IMG/VR virus record: IMGVR_UViG_3300031760_000035
Coordinates: 1-64,000 of that record
DNA length: 64,000 nt
Direction: 5' to 3' (one strand)
Origin: a virus
Taxonomy: Duplodnaviria; Caudoviricetes
The position numbers and the translations under genes are program-made. Positions 27,721 to 36,334 of the stretch are shown here, piece after piece (position 1 is the first letter of the stretch; each line of letters starts with the position of its first letter). The notes beneath the pieces are model-generated. The model was not told the DNA's origin. It saw only the letters and a list, made by a program, of their open reading frames with translations, and ran no database searches.

Positions 27721-28823
27721 CCTTCTCTCGCTATATTCATAGCGGCATTGATGTCGCGGTCGTGGTGAGTTCCGCATTCTGGACATGTCCACTCGCGCAT
27801 CGAGAGCGTGAGATCGTCGAAGACGCATCCGCAGTTTCCACAGGTCTTGCTGCTCGGGAACCATCGGTCGATCTTGACGAACGCCCTGCCGTACCAGTCG
27901 CACTTGTACTGAAGCTGTCGGAGTATCTCGGACATGCTCGCGTCACCGACCGCCTTTGCAAGGTGATGGTTCTTGACCATGCCCATCACGTTGAGGTCCT
28001 CGACGGCGATGGCTTGGCTCTCGCGCACCGCCTGCGTCGTCGCCTTGTGGATGGCGTCCCTGCGTTGATTGGTTACCTTCTCGTAGACAAGCGCGACCTT
28101 GCGCTTCTGCTTCTGCCAGTTGGCCGAGCCTTTCTTTCTACGGGAAAGCCTGCGCTGCTCGCGTCGGAGCTTCTTCTCGGCCCTTCGCAGAAACTTGTGA
28201 TTCGGGACCTTTACTCCGTCCGAGCGGATCATCAGGTCCTTAACTCCTGCGTCGATGCCAAGCATCTCGTTCTCGCCCATCGGCATGTTCGGCTCGGGGA
28301 CGTCGGTACAACAGATGATGACGTAGTACTTCCCGGACGGGACTCGCTTCACGGTGGCATTGAGGATGCGGCCCTCTACAGGCTGCGTGATCTTGCACTT
28401 CACAACGCCAAGTTTTGGCAGCTTGACATGCGACCCATCAATCACCGTAACCTTGCATCCAGCGGCAGGGTTACGATAGCTTTGTGTGCCATCTCGTCTT
28501 GACTTGAACTTTGGGAAACCTGGCTTTTCGCCGTTCTTCACGCGGCGGAAGAAGTTCTGATATGCCTTGTCAAGGTCTCTGATTGACTGCTGCAACGCCG
28601 AGTTGCTGACCTCGTACAACCATGGCGCGACCGTCTTCTTCCACACGGTAAGCTGTTTGCACAGATCGAACTGCGAGAGATTCTTCTTCTCGCACTCCCA
28701 TGCGGCCTTCTTTGTCTCCAGTGACAGGTTGTAGACCCACCGACAAGCGCCGAAGGTCTTTTCGATTAATGCCACCTGCTCCTTGTTCGGATACAGGCGG
28801 CATCGATATGCTCTTTGTATCAA
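27699..28823 (-). CDS. tnpB: RNA-guided endonuclease TnpB (tnpA-less IS200/IS605-family element)
   Basis: RAYRCRLYP HTH, FPKFKS, RuvC GID/VED/DRD intact, CGNCG and CPECG zinc finger; likely TTG start at 28823 with GAGGT RBS. Confidence 0.92.
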   Translation of the reverse strand: MIQRAYRCRLYPNKEQVALIEKTFGACRWVYNLSLETKKAAWECEKKNLSQFDLCKQLTVWKKTVAPWLYEVSNSALQQSIRDLDKAYQNFFRRVKNGEKPGFPKFKSRRDGTQSYRNPAAGCKVTVIDGSHVKLPKLGVVKCKITQPVEGRILNATVKRVPSGKYYVIICCTDVPEPNMPMGENEMLGIDAGVKDLMIRSDGVKVPNHKFLRRAEKKLRREQRRLSRRKKGSANWQKQKRKVALVYEKVTNQRRDAIHKATTQAVRESQAIAVEDLNVMGMVKNHHLAKAVGDASMSEILRQLQYKCDWYGRAFVKIDRWFPSSKTCGNCGCVFDDLTLSMREWTCPECGTHHDRDINAAMNIAREGKRLLAM

Positions 28824-28899
28824 TGTAAAAAACCTCATAATATGGTGATGTGGCGGGTGAGGCATCCCGAGCGTGCGCGGAAGGCACACTTGTCTACCT

Positions 28900-29095
28900 G
28901 CGTACTTACGGGAACAGGCCGCAGTACTCATTCACTTTGCCTTGGCACACGCACTGGTTCCTGCTTCTGCGACACGTGACTAGAGCTTCCGAACGAAGCT
29001 CCCCCGCCAGAGGTGTCTCCACAGGCGTAACTTCCCACATGCCATGCGGTAGATCGTTGTTAAACTCGCTTGGTTTCAATAGCTACAACAAAAAA
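28900..29095 (-). mobile_element. Orphan TnpB 3'-end/omega-RNA-like remnant
   Basis: Shares ACGCCTGTGGAGA and GAAGCAGGAA with the downstream omega RNA; encodes an EVTPVE TnpB-tail-like peptide. Confidence 0.5.
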
Positions 29096-29102
29096 CAGCA
29101 AC

Positions 29103-29157
29103 GGTCTCGCGGGGTCTCCCAGTCATCACTGTTGATGCTCATCAAGCCTGTGTTGAT
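29103..29157 (-). pseudogene. 5' fragment of a second Dam-family MTase
   Basis: INTGLMSINSDDWETPRD versus INAGMMSSDRGDWETPRD at 32011-32065. Confidence 0.6.
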
Positions 29158-29352
29158 CTACAATTCCCTCCCGCACATCGGGCAGTTCCTTATCGGAATG
29201 ATGAGCACGACCTTGAAGCAGCCGTCTTGTGGGAGCCACACGGCAAGCGCGCTGTCATACAGCATCAGGACCTCGGCATCGTCACTGTAGACGATGGGCT
29301 TGTTGCGGTATTCCTCGTCAGTGCCGTTGTACTTGCAGTATGGGCAGCTCAT
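29158..29352 (-). CDS. Small zinc-ribbon protein (CxxC...CPMCG)
   Basis: MSCPYC...CPMCGREL. Confidence 0.7.
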   Translation of the reverse strand: MSCPYCKYNGTDEEYRNKPIVYSDDAEVLMLYDSALAVWLPQDGCFKVVLIIPIRNCPMCGREL

Positions 29353-29558
29353 AGCTCCCTCCCGCACATGGGGCAGAACTTGATCTCGAAGAACCTCTCG
29401 CACTCCCCCGTGGGATGCCCAATGTAATCCTCGTCAGTCTCGTAGAAGGAGCTGACTTCGATCTGCTTGCCCACTATCTCGGCATAGAGATACGTGTTGT
29501 CGGCGATAGGCTCGTGCCACCAGCCGTTCACGCCGTCCGTGCAGTACTTGCAGCTCAT
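29349..29558 (-). CDS. Small zinc-ribbon protein (CxxC...CPMCG)
   Basis: MSCKYC...CPMCGREL. Confidence 0.7.
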   Translation of the reverse strand: MSCKYCTDGVNGWWHEPIADNTYLYAEIVGKQIEVSSFYETDEDYIGHPTGECERFFEIKFCPMCGREL

Positions 29559-29827
29559 GACAGCTTCCTCCCGCACATCGGGCACACCTTCGGATGGAAC
29601 TGAGCGACTGCCGGGAGTGCGTACTTGCCAGCCATGTCATCGTCAATCAGGACCAGCAGCGACCACTCGCTGAACTCGAAGTCAAACCAGAGGTTGACGC
29701 GGCCCTGCGCGTGATGAACGAGGTCATCGTCCTTGGTGAACGCCCACTCGCCTACAAGGATTCCACCCTCAAGCTCGCCACCATTGCGGGCAACGGCAGC
29801 GTCTAGGTCACAGAACTCGCAGCTCAT
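29555..29827 (-). CDS. Small zinc-ribbon protein (CxxC...CPMCG)
   Basis: MSCEFC...CPMCGRKL. Confidence 0.7.
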   Translation of the reverse strand: MSCEFCDLDAAVARNGGELEGGILVGEWAFTKDDDLVHHAQGRVNLWFDFEFSEWSLLVLIDDDMAGKYALPAVAQFHPKVCPMCGRKLS

Positions 29828-30135
29828 TCCTCGCCGCCACCAATCTCAAGCGCGTACCGACCAGTCAGGAACGGGCGCTCCTCGAACGCCACCGGGTCGT
29901 ACTTCATCTCCGTTACAGGTGTCGCCTTTAGGACTGCCAGCCTTCCAGCGCAGGCTGTGCATAGGTCAACCACCATCTGCCGCATGTACTTACAGTCATT
30001 GAGGTCTGCGTTGCTGACCAGCACAGGCACCGTGTAACGAGTGAGTTCAACCTCGTCTGGCCTCACGTCAAGGGTCTTCCCACATACGTCACACGTGACG
30101 CGGATGAAATCCTTTCTTCCCATATCTACTCCCAT
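29824..30135 (-). CDS. Zinc-binding hypothetical protein
   Basis: CDVCG...DLCTAC. Confidence 0.65.
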   Translation of the reverse strand: MGVDMGRKDFIRVTCDVCGKTLDVRPDEVELTRYTVPVLVSNADLNDCKYMRQMVVDLCTACAGRLAVLKATPVTEMKYDPVAFEERPFLTGRYALEIGGGEE

Positions 30136-30878
30136 AGCTTGATTGACAGCGTGCCGTCATCGAGGTCGATGCCATGCTCCTTGAGCTTCTTCAACTGTTC
30201 CTTCATCTGCTCGTGCTCATCGATGATGTCGGCCAGAGTCCAAACGTAACCGTCGTAGAAGCACTCGCGCTTGCCGTTCCGCGACAACCCCAGCTCGATG
30301 TTGCCGTCCTCGTCAAGCGAGAAGTCAACCGCCTCGATGCAGCCAGTCTTGTCCCAGTTGCCGAGCCACGTTCGGTGATGCTCGTAGACGTGGGCGTAGA
30401 CACCCCACCGCGTGTCATCGTCGTAGACCTCGTGCTCGTCCATTAGGTGCGTGTCCCAGTAGAGCTTCGTCGCCAGTCCGCTGCGGTTGCCCCACACGTC
30501 AATGCACATCTGGTAGAACGGGGACTCCTTGAACTCTTGGAACGTGTACTCCTTCGACCAGTCGGTGAGTCTCTTGGGGTTGTAGCAGCCGTCGCGTAGG
30601 TTGGTGACCTGCGTACGCTGCACGCAGACGGTAACCAGGTCGTAGTAGCTGCTTGGAATGACGCGGAGCTGCATGTCGATGATGTCGCCTTCGTGGTACT
30701 CTCGGCTGCTGAACACCCTTGGCCCCAAGCGCTCATACTCTATGATTCCATCGACCTTGCTTGCCGTGTCGTACATGAGCCGCAGGTCGCGGATGTTCTT
30801 GGGATCCGGCTTGGGTGTTTCCCTCCTGCCGTTCGGAACCATGACTACCACCTCCACCAAAGAGCTTCTATGGGCCAC
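30126..30878 (-). CDS. Hypothetical protein
   Basis: Long ORF in operon; start uncertain. Confidence 0.7.
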   Translation of the reverse strand: MAHRSSLVEVVVMVPNGRRETPKPDPKNIRDLRLMYDTASKVDGIIEYERLGPRVFSSREYHEGDIIDMQLRVIPSSYYDLVTVCVQRTQVTNLRDGCYNPKRLTDWSKEYTFQEFKESPFYQMCIDVWGNRSGLATKLYWDTHLMDEHEVYDDDTRWGVYAHVYEHHRTWLGNWDKTGCIEAVDFSLDEDGNIELGLSRNGKRECFYDGYVWTLADIIDEHEQMKEQLKKLKEHGIDLDDGTLSIKLWE

Positions 30879-31252
30879 TCGTTCGTGACGGCATCCCAGT
30901 TGTCCTTGCCGTCAAGCTCGTAAAGCCAACTCCTGATGCACTTGAGGGCACCATCCAACGTCCCCCAACCGTTCTCAGGCTCGTACTGCCTGTACATCTC
31001 AGGATTTCGTTGCAGCTCCCACAGTCCGCGCCACAGCTTTGGCACGACCTCCTCCATCGGGTAGTAGGCTGGATGCCAATTGCCATCTGCGTCCTGCTCG
31101 CTCTGGCTGTAGTCCCAACCCATGCAGGCACGGAACATCTTGCGGTAGTTGTAGGTGGGCGAGTCGTATTCTGGGACGTGAACCACGCAGAAGTGCTCTC
31201 CGTCATTGTCCGGCATCACCGTCTCGACGCACCAGCGGATGTCGTAGCTCAC
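30845..31252 (-). CDS. Conserved phage hypothetical protein
   Basis: MSYDI...TYNYRKMF...YEPENGWG pattern. Confidence 0.7.
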   Translation of the reverse strand: MSYDIRWCVETVMPDNDGEHFCVVHVPEYDSPTYNYRKMFRACMGWDYSQSEQDADGNWHPAYYPMEEVVPKLWRGLWELQRNPEMYRQYEPENGWGTLDGALKCIRSWLYELDGKDNWDAVTNEWPIEALWWRW

Positions 31253-31599
31253 TCGGCGTCACGCTCCTCCTTCAACTCGTCAAGCACCTCGCGCCACGCC
31301 TTCTTGCGACCACCGCGCATCGCCATGAGAAGCGCTGCCTCGTCAATGACATCCTGTGCGTGGCGCTCCATCCACTTGTCCATGTAGTCGTTGACGTACT
31401 TGTGCCAGTTGACCTTCGGCTTGCCATCCTTGCCGATGCCGTAGGGGCTGTATCCGTAGTCTGAGGGAAGGGCTTCGGCAATGCCCTGACGGACTACGCT
31501 GTCGATGACCTTGGCGACCTCTTGCGCGCCGATGTTGGCTATCTGCGCCTCGATTGGCGACGTGTCGTAGGTGAACGGAATCGTAACGTTGTGAATCAT
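31249..31599 (-). CDS. Hypothetical protein
   Basis: GGAG RBS; ATGA overlap. Confidence 0.65.
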   Translation of the reverse strand: MIHNVTIPFTYDTSPIEAQIANIGAQEVAKVIDSVVRQGIAEALPSDYGYSPYGIGKDGKPKVNWHKYVNDYMDKWMERHAQDVIDEAALLMAMRGGRKKAWREVLDELKEERDAE

Positions 31600-32065
31600 G
31601 TCTCCCTCGCCTTCTTTGGCAATGCGCCACCCCATCTGACAAGAGCAGACGGGAACGGCGCACTCTGTTGCTGGACTCCGTTGATGCAGAACCTGACGCG
31701 ACCGCTGAGGAACTGGATCTCTGCGGCCATAGGCTCAACCCAGTTCGTCCACCATGACGTGTCGGTTCTCGCCGGCAGAAGCCCAACGACTATGGTGTTC
31801 GGCTTCCGCGACTCTCTTGCGGCCTTCTCGACCCACGCCCCGATCTCACGTCCGTAGGGCGGATTCATGTAGCAATGATGCCCCCCCCCCACGACCTTTC
31901 CAGGGCGTTGTCCTCCTTGGTGAAATGCTGCTCGCACAGCGCGTTATCGTCGCTGCTCGCAACGTCCAGGTCGAAGTGCCATATGCTGTCGCAGCGGTCG
32001 AACAGGTCGCGTGGCGTCTCCCAGTCGCCCCTGTCGCTGCTCATCATGCCCGCGTTTATTGGCAT
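31596..32065 (-). pseudogene. Phage Dam-family N6-adenine MTase frameshifted at G10 tract (31881-31890)
   Basis: DWETPRDLF...FDLDVA...DNALERSW|GG(G)HHCYMNPPYG...VGLLPARTDT...SGRVRF...APFPS; G8 or G11 restores the frame. Confidence 0.85.
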
Positions 32066-32073
32066 GTCCACTC

Positions 32074-32370
32074 CTAATCAAAAAGGGCCGTCTGGCCCTC
32101 CTGCTTCTTCTTCCTTCTTGTCTCCGCATGATGCTTCGCGTCGTATCTGAGGTGGCATCGGGCGCATCCGGCCATAAGGTTCTCTGGCCTGCAATCCTCT
32201 GGCGTGTGGTTCAGATGCATCACCGTGAGGATTCGCCCGTGGTCCTCGACCTTCTCGCCGGGTCGATAGCACTGTATGCCGCAGATTTGGCACTTCCAAC
32301 CTGCGGCATCCTTCACCCTGAACGCTATCTCATCCCAGTTCTTCGGGTAGCGCTTCCTATCCATCGGCAT
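32074..32370 (-). CDS. HNH-family endonuclease
   Basis: CQICG...LTVMHLNH...ENL...CARCH. Confidence 0.75.
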   Translation of the reverse strand: MPMDRKRYPKNWDEIAFRVKDAAGWKCQICGIQCYRPGEKVEDHGRILTVMHLNHTPEDCRPENLMAGCARCHLRYDAKHHAETRRKKKQEGQTALFD

Positions 32371-32548
32371 CGGCGTCATCCTCCAACATGCAAATGAGGT
32401 CATCCGCGAGGTTGGCTAGGTTGCTCTTGGCGTTAAGCAGCTCCTGCTTAACCTTGCCATCAGAGAGTGACGCCAGAACCTCTAGCTTCCCCTCGATCCA
32501 ACCGACCGTAAGAACCATGTCCATGATGCCGCGCTTGTCGTTAATCAT
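32357..32548 (-). CDS. Hypothetical protein
   Basis: Coupled ORF. Confidence 0.5.
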   Translation of the reverse strand: MINDKRGIMDMVLTVGWIEGKLEVLASLSDGKVKQELLNAKSNLANLADDLICMLEDDADADG

Positions 32549-32558
32549 TGCAACTCTC

Positions 32559-32795
32559 CTAGAACGGAATCTCGTCCTGCCCTCTCAGGCGCAGCTTGAG
32601 GTTGTACCACTTGAACTTGACATCCTCGATGAGCGTCCTGATTGGGTGCTTGCGCCGCTGATCCTCATACCAACGCTCGGCAATCACGCACTCGGCATCG
32701 TCTGGCACTGGCTCGCCGTACTTCAACATGCACTCGCCGCAGGTGTCGTAGCCATAGGCCCTAGACTCGTATGGGCATGTCCCTGTGTAGCACAT
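32559..32795 (-). CDS. Hypothetical Cys-rich protein
   Basis: MCYTGTCPYE...CGEC. Confidence 0.6.
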   Translation of the reverse strand: MCYTGTCPYESRAYGYDTCGECMLKYGEPVPDDAECVIAERWYEDQRRKHPIRTLIEDVKFKWYNLKLRLRGQDEIPF

Positions 32796-32804
32796 CGGCA
32801 GCTC

Positions 32805-33032
32805 CTAGAACGGAATGTTTTCCGGCAGCAGCTTCTTCCCGCAGAACGGGCAGTAGCTTATGGTGGCGACTCTCATGCCCACGTAGCACGACGGGTCGCC
32901 TTCCCAGTCTGGCTGATAGTCAATCAGCGCCCATTTGCCGACGCGCTCGTAGTTGCGGATGGACATGTGCGCCTTCAACGAGCCTTCGCACCGATGCGTG
33001 ACGTAGTTGCCGCGCCAGTCCTTGACGCTCAT
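32805..33032 (-). CDS. Small zinc-ribbon protein
   Basis: HRC...ISYCPFCGKKL. Confidence 0.65.
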   Translation of the reverse strand: MSVKDWRGNYVTHRCEGSLKAHMSIRNYERVGKWALIDYQPDWEGDPSCYVGMRVATISYCPFCGKKLLPENIPF

Positions 33033-33328
33033 CAGACCTCGATTCCCAGCTCGCGTGCGAGAATCACGAACGTGAAGTTGCCGCACTCGTAGTCCTCGCA
33101 CTTGCGCCAGTCCTTGTCACGGCACCAGAATGCCTTGCCGCAAATCTCTGGCATGAGGTTGTCCAGCAGCTCATAGCAGAAGTCCTTGAGCTTGTCGTTC
33201 TCGCCATAAAGGCGCTTGATTTCGGTGAGCATCGGCAAGTCCGACACATCACAACGCTCCACAACGTCGCGCAATGTGACCTCGGCGTACACCTTGCCGT
33301 CCTTGACGGTCATGGGATAGGTCTTCAT
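33032..33328 (-). CDS. Hypothetical protein
   Basis: TGATG coupling; GGAG RBS. Confidence 0.6.
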   Translation of the reverse strand: MKTYPMTVKDGKVYAEVTLRDVVERCDVSDLPMLTEIKRLYGENDKLKDFCYELLDNLMPEICGKAFWCRDKDWRKCEDYECGNFTFVILARELGIEV

Positions 33329-33627
33329 CACTCGTCCTCCGGCGCGCACCAGTAGACGTTGACCGACCAGTGCTTGAACCCATCTGCGCGCTTCTGCGTC
33401 CACGACCAGTTGTACCAAGGCTCACCGACCTCATAGAACTCGTCACGCAGGGAGTCCATAAGCTCGGCCATCTCATCCTTGCTGGCAATGTGGACGCTGA
33501 AACCGCCCTCGGTCGATGGGTAGTCTGGCGCGAACTTCTCGCACACATCCACGCACACAGGCTCGATGAAGGAAGCCTCGAACTCGTCAATCCAAGACTT
33601 CGCCGAAACCTCAATCGTCGCTGGCAC
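33328..33627 (-). CDS. Acidic hypothetical protein
   Basis: GTG start after AGGAGG. Confidence 0.55.
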   Translation of the reverse strand: MPATIEVSAKSWIDEFEASFIEPVCVDVCEKFAPDYPSTEGGFSVHIASKDEMAELMDSLRDEFYEVGEPWYNWSWTQKRADGFKHWSVNVYWCAPEDE

Positions 33628-33805
33628 CGCAATCCCTCCTGTTCCACTCCTCGATGGTTTCCCGCATGCTGTTGCTGTTGACGGTAGTAAAGACGTGCCC
33701 CAGCTCGCATATGACGATGGGGCTGTGAGTCCAATTGCTGTCACGATCCGCATAGTGCGCGACGCTCCCGCAGAAGGGGCACCGCTTAACCTGACTTGCT
33801 GCCAT
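33611..33805 (-). CDS. Lar-like zinc-ribbon protein
   Basis: CPFCG...C...WNRR. Confidence 0.7.
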   Translation of the reverse strand: MAASQVKRCPFCGSVAHYADRDSNWTHSPIVICELGHVFTTVNSNSMRETIEEWNRRDCGASDD

Positions 33806-33998
33806 CGCAATCCCTCCTGTTCCACACTCTGATTACGTTGCGCTCGCCGTACTCGTAAACGTAGTAGTCAGTCTTGACATGGCACTTCGAGCACTCAATC
33901 CTGCTATGGCTCGGTTCGTCGCTGATATAGAGGTGCTTGATGCGCGCCTTGCCGCCGCAGAACGGGCAGGGCTTCAATTGCCCTAAAGTCGTATTCAT
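33786..33998 (-). CDS. Lar-like zinc-ribbon protein
   Basis: LKPCPFCGG...CSKC...WNRR. Confidence 0.75.
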   Translation of the reverse strand: MNTTLGQLKPCPFCGGKARIKHLYISDEPSHSRIECSKCHVKTDYYVYEYGERNVIRVWNRRDCDGSKSG

Positions 33999-34182
33999 AG
34001 ACCCTCCTGTTCCACGCTGCGATGGCATCGTTCTCGGAGTAGAACATCGGCCCGCTACGCCTGTTCGCGTAGCAGCCAGCCGTCTCGCAGCCGACAAGCC
34101 AGAAGAGTCCGGCGAACATGCCAGAGTCGCTTTCGACCGCAGCCTCGCCACCGCAGAACGGACAGGGTTTTAGCTCGCTCAT
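33904..34182 (-). CDS. Lar-like zinc-ribbon protein
   Basis: MSELKPCPFCGG...C...C...AWNRR; runs into the next gene. Confidence 0.7.
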   Translation of the reverse strand: MSELKPCPFCGGEAAVESDSGMFAGLFWLVGCETAGCYANRRSGPMFYSENDAIAAWNRRVYEYDFRAIEALPVLRRQGAHQAPLYQRRTEP

Positions 34183-34400
34183 GCGTCTACCCTCCTGTTC
34201 CATGCTGCGGTCACTCGCTCTTGGATTGTTCCGCTTGGTATCGTCGCGCCACATCTAACGCAGATCACAGTGATGGCAAGTGCGTCAGCCTGCACGCCCG
34301 ACCACGGATGACGAATGCCGCTCACATAGCGGTACTCAGGCTCGCCCCCGCAGAACGGGCAAGGCAACAGGCACCCGTGCTCAAGCTGCACTACAGCCAT
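34179..34400 (-). CDS. Lar-like zinc-ribbon protein
   Basis: LLPCPFCGG...CVRCG...AWNRR. Confidence 0.75.
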   Translation of the reverse strand: MAVVQLEHGCLLPCPFCGGEPEYRYVSGIRHPWSGVQADALAITVICVRCGATIPSGTIQERVTAAWNRRVDA

Positions 34401-34852
34401 GCCCTGACCACCACCCACTTGCCCCAAGGCAGCGACTCCGTGATTGCACGCGCGAGGGTGTCGGCGAAGTCGCCAAGGTCAACCTCGACACCACAGAAGT
34501 CGGATAGCACGTCGCTGGGAACGTCGTTGAGTCCCAACTTGCCACTCATGCCATGCTCCACCGCGCAGTCCCACCACGACTCGAACAGAGCCTCGGCAAT
34601 CTCGTCCTGCACCTCGTCCTCGTCATCGTAAATCTTGTCGAACTGGACGCCGGGAACGTCCTCACAGAACTCGCCGAACAGCAGCCAATCGACGCTCGCC
34701 TCGATGCCCTCGTGGTAGTACCAGGCGTAATCGTCGGGGCCGTTCTCGGTAATCGTTATCATGGGCAGCTCTGGGTTCTGCTCTAGCACGGCACGCACCC
34801 TCTCCGCGCTCTGGCGGTTCAGCTCTATCGTGCGTTGCAGCGTCCTAGCCAT
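34391..34852 (-). CDS. Acidic hypothetical protein
   Basis: ORF in operon. Confidence 0.65.
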   Translation of the reverse strand: MARTLQRTIELNRQSAERVRAVLEQNPELPMITITENGPDDYAWYYHEGIEASVDWLLFGEFCEDVPGVQFDKIYDDEDEVQDEIAEALFESWWDCAVEHGMSGKLGLNDVPSDVLSDFCGVEVDLGDFADTLARAITESLPWGKWVVVRAWL

Positions 34853-35096
34853 CGAGCACCCCGCACAGCTTCAAGGCTTCCTCTGCCGTGTCGCACCAAG
34901 CCTTAGTCTCGAAGCGGACGCACATCTTGCCGTCGTAGGTCTGGCTGGGAAACGCGAAGCACGTGCCGTTGGGGCCGTCGAAGGAAACCATGCTCATGGT
35001 TCCACTCTGCTCCCAGTCGATGCCGTTCTTGTCGAGCAGCTCCTTCAGCTTCTCCATCTCCATGTCCCCGCGCGTGCGGGCCTCAATGTCAATCAT
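34845..35096 (-). CDS. Hypothetical protein
   Basis: GGAGG RBS. Confidence 0.6.
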   Translation of the reverse strand: MIDIEARTRGDMEMEKLKELLDKNGIDWEQSGTMSMVSFDGPNGTCFAFPSQTYDGKMCVRFETKAWCDTAEEALKLCGVLDG

Positions 35097-35250
35097 GTTC
35101 CTCCTTCTCTTGGCGTGCCATCTCGTCGTTCACGCCGTCCTCGTATCCGACCTGGTATCCCTCGTCAAAGCCGCAGTCGTGCCAATACCTGTAGGCTTGC
35201 TCGACTGCATCCTCGTCGTTGCCGACGTATCCCTCTTCGGGCTTTGCCAT
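35089..35250 (-). CDS. Small acidic protein
   Basis: GFDEGYQVGYEDG repeat. Confidence 0.5.
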   Translation of the reverse strand: MAKPEEGYVGNDEDAVEQAYRYWHDCGFDEGYQVGYEDGVNDEMARQEKEEHD

Positions 35251-35260
35251 TCGCTCACCC

Positions 35261-36031
35261 CTAGAGTCTCGTATGGATGCGCTTCTCGTTGGTCTTCTGA
35301 GCGCTAACATCCTGCGTTGCAACCTCGACGCCGCTCAGCGCGGACGGGTCACCTGCATCGCCGCCCAGATACATCCAAAGGGTGTACGAGGTGCAGCGCG
35401 CCGCAACGTCTGGACTCACATCATGCGCAGCGTATCCGCGCATGAGTGCCGATTGCAGGTTGACCACCTCGATTGCTCTGGGGTCTGTCAGCGGGAGCGC
35501 CCCTGACTTGACGGCTTTCAGCTCGTCGGCAAGGGCATCCATCTCGCCACGCATGTCTGCGGCGTCCCTCTTGAACTTCTTTACCTCGGCATCGTGCGCA
35601 AGCCTTGCATGAACCGCTTGGATCGACTTGTCCTCAATGTCCTTCATGGCGCTTTTGGCCTTGTCCTCATATGCCTTCTTGATGGCGTCGAAGCCAAGCT
35701 CGCCGGTGTCAAGAATCTCAAGCAGCTCCAAGAACTTGCTTATGGTTGAGTTGACTGCCTGCTTGTTTGCAGACAGCCCAGCCCTCTTTCGCGCAGCCTC
35801 GACAGCCTCGAACAGGTTCTTCTGTTTGTCCCCTTGGACTTCCTTCTCTTGGTGGCCCTTCTCGACAAGATGGGGCAGTCCGCTGCGCGTTGCATATTCG
35901 GCTATCGCTTCGCTAAGGCCGGGGAACCTTGCAAGGGACTCGTCGTTGATGGCAACGGAATACCTTGCGCCGTCGCTGCTGCTGACGATTACTTCCTTCA
36001 TGTTCGGGTTGACCTCGTACTCATACTCCAT
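35261..36031 (-). CDS. Coiled-coil hypothetical protein
   Basis: GGAGG RBS; 256 aa. Confidence 0.7.
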   Translation of the reverse strand: MEYEYEVNPNMKEVIVSSSDGARYSVAINDESLARFPGLSEAIAEYATRSGLPHLVEKGHQEKEVQGDKQKNLFEAVEAARKRAGLSANKQAVNSTISKFLELLEILDTGELGFDAIKKAYEDKAKSAMKDIEDKSIQAVHARLAHDAEVKKFKRDAADMRGEMDALADELKAVKSGALPLTDPRAIEVVNLQSALMRGYAAHDVSPDVAARCTSYTLWMYLGGDAGDPSALSGVEVATQDVSAQKTNEKRIHTRL

Positions 36032-36040
36032 GTCGCCCTC

Positions 36041-36334
36041 CTACAGATAGTTGGAACCCATGAGCGCGACGAACGCCTTGTGCTCCGGGTCGTTGATTCC
36101 CTCGCGCTCCTCCCACCTTCTCTGGCAGTCGCGCTTCACCCAGAGGTCGAGCCTTCTGTCACGGTGGACGCTGTACCTGCCCTGATGGTGGAAGTGGCAC
36201 AGCGGCGCTATGCAGCCCTCGCGGTCGGAGATCGGTCTGCGCGAGCTTGGGTACACGTGATGCCACTCCACGAACGGGCTTCCGCAAATGATGCAGGCGG
36301 ACATGTCATACAGCGGCGGCTTCTTGGCACCCAT
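36041..36334 (-). CDS. HNH-like zinc-binding putative recombination nuclease
   Basis: CIICG...EWHHVY...PLCHFHH. Confidence 0.7.
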   Translation of the reverse strand: MGAKKPPLYDMSACIICGSPFVEWHHVYPSSRRPISDREGCIAPLCHFHHQGRYSVHRDRRLDLWVKRDCQRRWEEREGINDPEHKAFVALMGSNYL

